From: an uncultured Chitinophagaceae bacterium
GTDB lineage: Bacteria; Bacteroidota; Bacteroidia; Chitinophagales; CAIOSU01
Assembly (NCBI GenBank): GCA_964543705.1
Contig: CAZIZP010000006.1
Location: forward strand, 16-64,015
Reading direction: 5' to 3'
Length of the DNA: 64,000 bases
Shown: positions 11,501 through 19,581 of the stretch, one piece after another
How the letters are laid out: each line of letters begins with the position of its first letter
How positions within the stretch are numbered: position 1 is the first letter of the stretch
Notes under the pieces: generated by a model
Told to the model about the DNA's origin: nothing
The model's database searches: none
What the model saw: only the letters and a program-made list of their open reading frames with translations
Program-made: the position numbers and the translations under genes

Positions 11501-13529
11501 ATCACAGCCCTCTCCCATTGTAGATTCTTCTTTTATTACCCCTACTACAGGTGCTTGTTTATCTGATGGCAGCATAGAATTGTTTGTTGAAGGTGGTAAT
11601 GGCAACTATACTTATCAATGGTCTACCGGTGCTACTACAAAAGATATTCTGGCTTTATCAAAGGGAAATTACATAGTAACCATTACTGATGAAACAATGT
11701 GTAGCGCTACCAGCACCATTAATGTTACGGGGCCAGCAAATATTTCTATAAACTTTGCCGCTACTGATGTTGAAAATTATTATGAAAGCACAGGTACTTT
11801 AGAAGCGCTGGTTTCGGGTGGAAACACCCCTTATACTTATGTGTGGTGTAATGCTGAAGTAACTGCTACAATTAACAATAAAAAAGCCGGCCCTTATTCT
11901 GTAACCGTAACAGATGATAGAGGATGCACTGCAACTGCCAAGGGTGTAATAGGTGTTAATAATGCAACTATATTCACCGGCATTCAAACTCAGGGTATTA
12001 CAGAATTAACATGGAATTCCTCGTCAAACTGGCATGGAAACTTATTACCTAACTCTAATACCAGTGTAGTTATACCTTCGGGTTGTGCTACTACAGTAAC
12101 TGTTCCTGTAAATGCCAATGCAAAAAACTTAATTATAACCGAAGGTGCACATTTAATTATTAACGGAACATCTACTGTAGAAATTAGTGGCGATTTGATT
12201 TTGGAAGGTTCACTTTCTACCGGAACAGGCACCGTAATTTTTAATGGCAATATTGAACAAAAAATTTACACTACTATACCTGTTCAATTTCACAATCTTA
12301 CTATCAATAATTCTTCTGAAACAGGTTTAGTAATTGATACGAGTGTATTTATTCAAAATCAGTTATCATTAAACAATGGAAATTTTATTATTCAGCAAGA
12401 CGATACTGTATTTGTAACAAATACTGCATCTAATGCCATTGTTAATCATTCAGCACAAAGCTATATAATAGGAAACCTTTGCCGACACATCATTAACTCA
12501 GGACAAACAGTATATGATTTCCCTTTAGGTTATGGATTATCTTCAGAGTATTATAAAGCCACTTTGATTTCACGTGCATTACAAACCACTTCTAAAATTA
12601 CAGGTAGCGTAAAACCAATGGAGCGCAGCGAAATACTTTTTAATACAGAACAGCATTACAATATAACTGACCCTGCAATTAACTATGTAAAAGTTCACCC
12701 TGAAGTTTTGTGGACATTGGAACCTGATGTACAGCCAACTTCAGGAATGTACGATATAAAATTACATATTGATAATATTGCCAATCTGGTAGATAATTAC
12801 TATGGAATATTAAAAAGACAAGCTGGCGGTACTGATGCCGATTGGGTTGCTGATTTTGGAGAAATAAATCCTTTTGGTGGAGAAGGTAGAACCAGAGAAT
12901 ATGGATATGCTTTGAAAAAAGGAGCCGCTTCATTTTCAGAATTTGGCATTGGTAGTGGACAAAGTAACCCCTTGCCTATTGAATTATTAATGTTTGATGC
13001 AAGAATTAAAGATGATGGTAAAACTCATATTGAATGGTACACTGCTACAGAAATTGATAATGATTACTTTACCATTGAACGCATTCAAAACTTTGACGAC
13101 ACTCCCGAAACTATTGCTATAGTTAAAGGTGCGGGTAATAGCAGCTCGCTTAATAAGTACGCAACTATAGATGAAAAGCCATTGGAGGGTGTTTCTTACT
13201 ATCGCTTAAAGCAAACCGATTATGATGGCACTACTTCTTATTCAAACTGGGTTTCGATAACTAACAAAAAGAAAACCAACTTTTCATTTAAGGTTTTTCC
13301 AAATCCTGCCAGTACATTCACTAACGTGAGCTTTAAAAACATTGAAGGCAACATTAACCTAATAATTTTTGATGTTGCCGGTAATATTATCTTTTCAAAA
13401 AGTTTTATTGCTGACTCTGAAAGTTTAGTTCATAAAATTTCAATACCTGATAAGATTGCGAAAGGCGTTTATATAATTAAAGCCATGGTAAATGATGAAA
13501 CCTATATACAACGATTAACCATACAGTAA
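8565..13529 (+). CDS. Giant T9SS (type A CTD) surface protein: 2 N-terminal CBM-like repeats, about 7 SprB repeats, uncharacterised central domain
   Basis: The ORF track gives 8541..13529 from a TTG. The ATG at 8565 ([25 protein letters not shown], signal peptide) is the likelier start. SprB repeats ([27 protein letters not shown] and others). C-terminal [15 protein letters not shown] is a T9SS tail. Confidence 0.88.
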   Translation: [1654 protein letters not shown]

Positions 13530-13578
13530 TATTATTTATTTAAATGGTGAGATTGAAATTGTATTTTTTAATTATCAT

Positions 13579-14055
13579 TTATTTTACTCGTTTCCAGTTA
13601 CCTTTTTCACTGTCATAATTGAAGTGTTTAAAAAAACTATCAGCACTAGGTATTTCTTTAAAATGCATGGCATCGAAATAAATATAGCCACCACATACAT
13701 GTCCTTCATTTATAAAAATTCGCTTTTTACTATCAATAGCTATTGTAATATCTCCAATATCACTGTTGTCATGTGCAGAATGGGTTTCAAAATAAATCCA
13801 GCCATCATCTCCGGTATATAAAATATTTTTACCCTTAACTTCTACCGAAAGTATAATGCCATCAACATGCTCGTTTTCTTGTAAAGTTGCTTTTTGAAAA
13901 ACTGTTTCAGGTTTTATTTTTTTCAGCTCACTGGTTTTTTCTTTTATCCATTGATTTCTTTTTTCTTCAGAAAATTTAGCGATGCCTTCATCAGCCTGGG
14001 CAAATACAAAGAAACAATGTAGGCTAAGCAGAAAAGATAAAAAAAGCTTTTGCAT
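13579..14055 (-). CDS. Hypothetical secreted protein
   Basis: 158 aa with signal peptide MQKLFLSFLLSLHCFFVFAQA. No motif recognised. Confidence 0.55.
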   Translation of the reverse strand: MQKLFLSFLLSLHCFFVFAQADEGIAKFSEEKRNQWIKEKTSELKKIKPETVFQKATLQENEHVDGIILSVEVKGKNILYTGDDGWIYFETHSAHDNSDIGDITIAIDSKKRIFINEGHVCGGYIYFDAMHFKEIPSADSFFKHFNYDSEKGNWKRVK

Positions 14056-14120
14056 AATTTAAAACTATAAGTATAGTAAAGATATAAATTGCTATTTCTG
14101 AAGAATTAATGAAACCAAAC

Positions 14121-14150
14121 AAAAAGCCCCGAAAATTTTCGAGGCTTTTT
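14121..14150 (-). terminator. Rho-independent terminator downstream of pckA
   Basis: AAAAAGCCCCGAAAATTTTCGAGGCTTTTTT is a GC-rich stem (GCCcCGAAAA/TTTTCGaGGC) flanked by A/T runs on both sides. It lies about 25 nt after the pckA stop. Confidence 0.75.
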
Positions 14151-14172
14151 TAATTATAACCAGAAAAACTAT

Positions 14173-15786
14173 TTATGCTTTAGCAGCAACTTTTGGACGT
14201 GCAGCTAAAATTTCTTCGCTGGCTTGTGAAGCAAAACGGTCGAAGTTTTTATTGAAAGCTTCAGCCAGTTCATTAGCTTTCGCATCGTAAGCTGCTTTGT
14301 CGTTCCAGGTATTTCTTGGGTTTAGTACTTCATCGGGCACATTAGGGCAAGTAACCGGCATTAAAACACCAAATACTGCGTGTGGTTCATAAGCCACATC
14401 GTTCAGCTTTCCTTCTAAGGCAGCAGTTATCATAGCGCGGGTATAAGAGAGTTTCATTCTTGAACCTACACCATAAGGGCCACCTGTCCAGCCGGTATTA
14501 ATAAGCCAAATATTTACTTTGTTTTCTTGCATTTTCTTACCTAACATTTCGGCATATTTAGTAGGGTGCAAAGGCAAAAATGGTGCGCCAAAGCAAGAAG
14601 AAAAGGTAGTTTGCGGCTCGGTAACACCTGCTTCGGTTCCTGCTACTTTAGCAGTGTAGCCAGAAATAAAATGAAACATTGCCTGACCGGGGGTAAGTTT
14701 TGAAATGGGGGGTAATACTCCAAAAGCATCGGCAGTTAAAAAGAAAATATTTTTAGGCAAGCCTGCATAGGAAGGCTCTTTTGCATTATTGATATAGCTT
14801 AACGGATACGATACCCTCGTGTTTTCGGTTCTGCTGCCATCGGCATAATTTACAGTGCGAGTGCCTTCGAAAAACTTTATATTTTCCAATATAGCACCAT
14901 GCTTAATAGCGCGATAAATGTCTGGTTCTTTTTCTTCTGTTAAGTCTATACATTTAGCATAGCAGCCACCTTCAAAGTTAAAAATGGCATCAGCACTCCA
15001 GCCATGTTCATCATCGCCAATAAGCGAGCGGTTAGGGTCGGCAGAAAGGGTGGTTTTACCCGTGCCTGATAAACCGAAGAATACTGCTACATCGCCTTCT
15101 TTGCCTTCGTTGGCCGAGCAGTGCATGGGCAATACTCCTTTCTCGTGTGGCAATACATAGTTCAACACCGTGAAAATGCCTTTTTTAATTTCACCGGTAT
15201 AGCCTGTTCCACCAATAATGATCATTTTTTTGGTAAAACTAACGATGGCAAAATTGCCTTGACGAATGCCATCTTCTACAGGGTTGCCTTTAAATGAAGG
15301 CACACATAATACATTCCATTCGGGCTCTATTGTGTTAATTTCTTCTTTGGTAGGGCGAATGAACATATTGCCGGCAAACATATTGCTCCAAGGTAATTCA
15401 GTTATTACTCTTAAACTCATTTTATATTGCGGATGTGCACAGGCAAAAGCATCGCGGGCATATAATTTTTTACCTTCTAAATATGCAGTCATTTTAGTCA
15501 ATAACTGATCGAAATATTTAGGCTCAATTGGAATATTGAAACCACCCCAGTCAACACTGTTTTCGGTATTGCTGTCTTTTACAATGAACTTGTCTTTTGG
15601 TGCACGACCTGTAAACTCGCCTGTATCTACCACTAATGCGCCAGTATCATTTAACACACCTTGCCCCTGAATAAGCGTGTGCTCTACCAGTTCGGCAGGG
15701 GTTAAATTCCAGTAAACAGCGTCTAAATTTTTAAGGCCCAATTTCGATAAATCTGCATTGGGATTCTTGTGACCAACAGACTTCAT
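14173..15786 (-). CDS. pckA: Phosphoenolpyruvate carboxykinase (ATP)
   Basis: Full-length match by eye to ATP-dependent PEPCK, including kinase-1a FFGLSGTGKTTLS, GDDEHGW and NTGWTGG. The track ORF starts at an upstream TTG; ATG (MKSVGHKN...) at 15786 is preferred. Confidence 0.95.
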   Translation of the reverse strand: MKSVGHKNPNADLSKLGLKNLDAVYWNLTPAELVEHTLIQGQGVLNDTGALVVDTGEFTGRAPKDKFIVKDSNTENSVDWGGFNIPIEPKYFDQLLTKMTAYLEGKKLYARDAFACAHPQYKMSLRVITELPWSNMFAGNMFIRPTKEEINTIEPEWNVLCVPSFKGNPVEDGIRQGNFAIVSFTKKMIIIGGTGYTGEIKKGIFTVLNYVLPHEKGVLPMHCSANEGKEGDVAVFFGLSGTGKTTLSADPNRSLIGDDEHGWSADAIFNFEGGCYAKCIDLTEEKEPDIYRAIKHGAILENIKFFEGTRTVNYADGSRTENTRVSYPLSYINNAKEPSYAGLPKNIFFLTADAFGVLPPISKLTPGQAMFHFISGYTAKVAGTEAGVTEPQTTFSSCFGAPFLPLHPTKYAEMLGKKMQENKVNIWLINTGWTGGPYGVGSRMKLSYTRAMITAALEGKLNDVAYEPHAVFGVLMPVTCPNVPDEVLNPRNTWNDKAAYDAKANELAEAFNKNFDRFASQASEEILAARPKVAAKA

Positions 15787-15968
15787 TTGTGATGTTTTAA
15801 TTTTAGGAAAGTGCAAATTTAGAGAATTTTCGGGCTACAGCATTTATATAGTTATATTATATGATAAATACTGTTGATAAACGATTATCTAATGTGTTTT
15901 AAGTAATAATTTAATTTAAAAAATCTTTCAAAAAAGAATGGTATTGTCTATAAATGAGGTTTATTCTT

Positions 15969-17177
15969 TTATTGGTTTTTCATCATAGTAGCAATCATGT
16001 TGTAGGCTGATTCACATGCACCATGAACTGTAGATTGATTATCTATTGATAAGGCTTCTCCGGCAAAATAAATTTTATCTAATACCGGTTTGTTTATTGT
16101 TGCCACAATGCTTTCTTGATTTCCCTCAAAAGAATAAGAATAAGCACCCTGAATAAATGGTTCGTTAGACCAATTTTGTATTACATGATTTAAATAATTT
16201 GCAGAAGCTTTTCCATTGAATATTTCATCTAATTCTGTTAAAAACTGATTAATTATTTCTTGTTCTGAATTGAGTTGCGTGTATGCGCTTGCCTTTTCAT
16301 TAATGGCAAAAAGACCCAAAATATTTTGATTAGAATTTTTTCTGAAAGCAGCATCATAAACAAATTTTTCTTCTTCATTTAGTGCCTGAAAAACATTTCC
16401 GAAAGCCAATATATCAGGATAAAATCTTTCTTTAAACTCTACAAAAATTTTTATGCCATCCCCCATAAATATTTGGCTGATAGCTTCTTTTTTTTCTTCA
16501 GGCAAAGAAGGTATAAACATTATCTGTTCATTTTGAAGCGTTTTTATGGGTGTAGTTATAAGCACTTTATCCGCTTCAAAAGTTTCGTTGTTTTGGGTAG
16601 TTAATATTACCTTATCGCTTTCATAATTTATTTGTTTAACTAGGGTGTTTAATACAATTTTATCTGAAATAGAGGGTACAATATATTGTTCAAAAAAATC
16701 AAACCAGGTACTTTTTTTAAATTTCCATTCGCTATAAAAATTACTGATAAAGTTGTGCGACTTCAATTTATTATTGTTCCATGATTGAACTGTTTGCGGG
16801 TTGTAAGTTATAATTTCAATATTTGCGTTTGAATTGGGGTTATTGATAATATCTGCCAATATTTTTGGGTCTGTATGTATCCATTCTGCGCCTAAATCAA
16901 TAGGAAAATCGGCAAAGCCTTCTATCTTTTTAAGTCGCCCGCCATATACCGAAGAAGCTTCAATTATTTCAAAATCTATGTTGTATCTCTGAAGTAAATA
17001 ACCTGCAGCTAAACCTGCTGCGCCCGCCCCTACAATAAGTACTTTCCCCGAAAAATTGGTTTCAAATTTTGGGAAAAATGAATCGCTCTTTTTACAAGAC
17101 TGTACTAGTAAACTAGATAAAAATGGTAACCCGATGCCCATGATCATGCTATTTTCAATAAATTCTTTTCTGTTCAT
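15969..17177 (-). CDS. FAD-dependent amine oxidase family oxidoreductase
   Basis: 402 aa. Dinucleotide-binding VLIVGAGAAGLAAGYLL...IEASSVYGGR. C-terminal FAGEA...GA(x)ESA pattern typical of flavin amine oxidases. The start overlaps the upstream stop as ATGA. Confidence 0.8.
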   Translation of the reverse strand: MNRKEFIENSMIMGIGLPFLSSLLVQSCKKSDSFFPKFETNFSGKVLIVGAGAAGLAAGYLLQRYNIDFEIIEASSVYGGRLKKIEGFADFPIDLGAEWIHTDPKILADIINNPNSNANIEIITYNPQTVQSWNNNKLKSHNFISNFYSEWKFKKSTWFDFFEQYIVPSISDKIVLNTLVKQINYESDKVILTTQNNETFEADKVLITTPIKTLQNEQIMFIPSLPEEKKEAISQIFMGDGIKIFVEFKERFYPDILAFGNVFQALNEEEKFVYDAAFRKNSNQNILGLFAINEKASAYTQLNSEQEIINQFLTELDEIFNGKASANYLNHVIQNWSNEPFIQGAYSYSFEGNQESIVATINKPVLDKIYFAGEALSIDNQSTVHGACESAYNMIATMMKNQ

Positions 17178-17749
17178 TGTTTATCTATTGAATTGAATTT
17201 TATAATTAAACCTGTTGATACTCCTGCAAATCCTGAACTAATATTTTTCGAACCATACTTTTTTCCATAGGTAGCTTTAAAATAAAAGCCTAAGCGTTTT
17301 TTAGGGTCAATGCCAAAACCTAGATTAAAGTTGGGTAAGAAATAATGTAAAGCATCATAACGATAATCTGTCTCTCCGGTAGCAAGGTTGAGTGTTCCAT
17401 CTTGTTTTTGAAAAGAAAGTAAATAGCCAAACCCAAATGAAGAAGAAAGATAAAATCGCTTACTTGTTCTATTCCATTTATATACAATTTCAGGATTTAC
17501 AAGCAGATTGTGAGCAATATTGAATTGTGAAAAATAACTCAATTGCGATAAAACTTGTAAACGATGATTTGACTTAGGCTTATTGAAAGTACTTATATCT
17601 ATTGCAACACCCGCATTGCCACCAGCATTTACCAAATATGGGGCAGTATATCCTACTTGCCACTCCATCGCTTTTTTTTGTGCCAAAAGATGGCTGCACG
17701 AAATGAACAGAGCAACTAAAAATAAAAGTGATGTTTTAAATTTTTTCAT
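17174..17749 (-). CDS. Predicted outer-membrane beta-barrel / lipoprotein-like protein
   Basis: The track ORF is 17174..17857. The internal Met (MKKFKTSLLFLVALFISCSHLLAQ, signal peptide) starts right after the upstream gene's stop. Alternating beta-strand pattern and aromatic-rich C-terminus. Confidence 0.6.
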   Translation of the reverse strand: MKKFKTSLLFLVALFISCSHLLAQKKAMEWQVGYTAPYLVNAGGNAGVAIDISTFNKPKSNHRLQVLSQLSYFSQFNIAHNLLVNPEIVYKWNRTSKRFYLSSSFGFGYLLSFQKQDGTLNLATGETDYRYDALHYFLPNFNLGFGIDPKKRLGFYFKATYGKKYGSKNISSGFAGVSTGLIIKFNSIDKQ

Positions 17750-17751
17750 GG

Positions 17752-18351
17752 CTAAAATATTCTGTAGGCTATACCTAAATAAATTACACTGTTTCTTAAA
17801 TCTTTTCCTCTTACTAAATTGGTTATTCCCTGATTGTATCTGAAACCAATTGTCCAATCTTCAAAAACCTCATACCCCAAGCCCGCATTAAAAGAAAAAT
17901 CAAAAGTTTCAAAGTTTTCGAGTTTTAAACTATCGGGAACTGATTTAGTAGTATTGATAGTAAGGAAGCCCAATTGAGGCCCTACCTCCAGATAAAATTT
18001 CTTATGTTTCCATTTAAACATTACTGGAATATTGAGGTATGAAATTTTACACCTTCCATTATCTTTCGATTTTTCGCCCTGTAACGACCATATGGCTTCA
18101 GGCTGAATTTTCCATTCTTCTGAAATTTTAAAAGAGGCATAGGCACCAAAGGAATACCCTATTTTTCTGTCGCTTTCAGGCAGCGCATCATCGCCCCATA
18201 ATTCGGCAAAATTGATACCTGCTTTTAGCCCATATTGGTCATTATCTTTTTTCTTTACCTGCGTGCTGTCTTGGGCATACAAATGTGTTGTATAAAAAAA
18301 TGAAATAACAATAAGCGTAACCCGTATATATGTATCTGTTATTTTAAGCAT
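17752..18351 (-). CDS. Porin-family outer-membrane beta-barrel protein (OMP_b-brl_2-like)
   Basis: 199 aa. Signal peptide ...HLYAQ. GLKAGINFAELWG...GYSFGAYASF...YLNIPVMFKWK...LEVGPQLGFL... with terminal YRIF aromatic residue. Confidence 0.75.
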   Translation of the reverse strand: MLKITDTYIRVTLIVISFFYTTHLYAQDSTQVKKKDNDQYGLKAGINFAELWGDDALPESDRKIGYSFGAYASFKISEEWKIQPEAIWSLQGEKSKDNGRCKISYLNIPVMFKWKHKKFYLEVGPQLGFLTINTTKSVPDSLKLENFETFDFSFNAGLGYEVFEDWTIGFRYNQGITNLVRGKDLRNSVIYLGIAYRIF

Positions 18352-18464
18352 CTATGAACATGATTCACAAATATCTAAAAAAACTAATGATTAGTTCCGT
18401 TCATCTTCTTAAAAAAATGAACTTAGTTTAGTATTATTTGTATGTATTGCTGAAATTTGTGTTT

Positions 18465-19490
18465 ATGTATATCACCAATCAATGGTATTTAGTTGCGCTT
18501 GAAGATGAATTGCTGAAGCAAAATCCGCTGGGTAAAAAAATACTGGGGCAAGAGGTTGTAATATTTAAAACCGAATCGGGAAAAATTCAGGTAATAGAGA
18601 ATCGTTGTTGCCACCGCAATGTAGCTTTATCTATGGGCTATGTAAAAGACGAAGCTATAAAGTGCGCTTATCATGGCTGGGAATTTGACGGCACAGGTAA
18701 ATGTGTGAATATTCCTTCGCTGCAAGATAAAAGCCAGATACCTGCTTCGGCCTGTGTAAAAAAATATGAGGTAAAAATTTACAACCACATGATATGGGCC
18801 TTTTTTGGTGAAGCCTCAAAAGCACATGAAGTAGCGTTGCCTCCCATGCCCGAAATGGGGCAGTTTCCTTATGTGTTTAATTACCATGTGGTAAAAGCCG
18901 ATTTGAAATTAGTTGCAGAAAGTTTAATAGACCCTTATCATATAGACCATGTGCATCGCAACAGTATTAAAACTTTTATGGGCAACCTGAACCGCGCCAG
19001 TGTTGAGTTTAACATTGAAATGGATGGCACGGCCATGACAGGCTCGTATATGCGCGAAAACACCGGCAACTTTTTTGAGAAATTTTATTTTGGTTTTGCC
19101 CCTGAAATCAAAACCAATTTTGCCTTTTACTTTCCGCATACATCAAAGTTGCATATTGCTTTTAAGGAAAAGAATATGTTTATCTACGAGCACTTCTACC
19201 CTATTGAAGATGATAAAATAATGATGCTGCAAATTACCTGCTGGCAAGGCATTTTCAGGCGATTCCCCATGTGGTTTGCCAAAAAAATGATGCTCGATAA
19301 ATCGAATAAAATTGTTGAAGAAGATATAGATTTTTTAGAGTGCAACAAGCGTTATCACGACACACAAAAACTACACGATTTATTAATTAAAGCCGATAAG
19401 GTTTCTATAGAGTTTGCCAAACTATGGCGCACCAATGTAGAGAAAATGAAAAGTAAAACCGAAGCCGTTGCCGCTGAAACAGAACTGTAG
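18465..19490 (+). CDS. Rieske [2Fe-2S] non-heme-iron oxygenase (PaO/ring-hydroxylating alpha-subunit-like)
   Basis: Rieske motif CCHRNVALS...CAYHGWEFD. Downstream DPYHIDHVH looks like a mononuclear Fe site. The track start (TTG 18438) was replaced by ATG MYITNQWY. Confidence 0.8.
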   Translation: MYITNQWYLVALEDELLKQNPLGKKILGQEVVIFKTESGKIQVIENRCCHRNVALSMGYVKDEAIKCAYHGWEFDGTGKCVNIPSLQDKSQIPASACVKKYEVKIYNHMIWAFFGEASKAHEVALPPMPEMGQFPYVFNYHVVKADLKLVAESLIDPYHIDHVHRNSIKTFMGNLNRASVEFNIEMDGTAMTGSYMRENTGNFFEKFYFGFAPEIKTNFAFYFPHTSKLHIAFKEKNMFIYEHFYPIEDDKIMMLQITCWQGIFRRFPMWFAKKMMLDKSNKIVEEDIDFLECNKRYHDTQKLHDLLIKADKVSIEFAKLWRTNVEKMKSKTEAVAAETEL

Positions 19491-19581
19491 CTTCAGGCTT
19501 TAGTACATTCACAACATTTGGGTGGGTAAGTATTTTTAAAATTCATTATTCAACAATACACTAAAGTTATTTTTGTAGCAC

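Noticed and set aside
17746-17762. Possible frameshift or fusion between the two OM beta-barrel genes. My hand reading of the printed sequence suggested ATATTTCTG, which would fuse the frames.
   Set aside because: All three ORF-track translations crossing this spot (two minus, one plus) require ATATTCTG and two separate genes. I treat this as my own plus-or-minus 1 nt reading error, and it is the reason hand-indexed coordinates are flagged as approximate.
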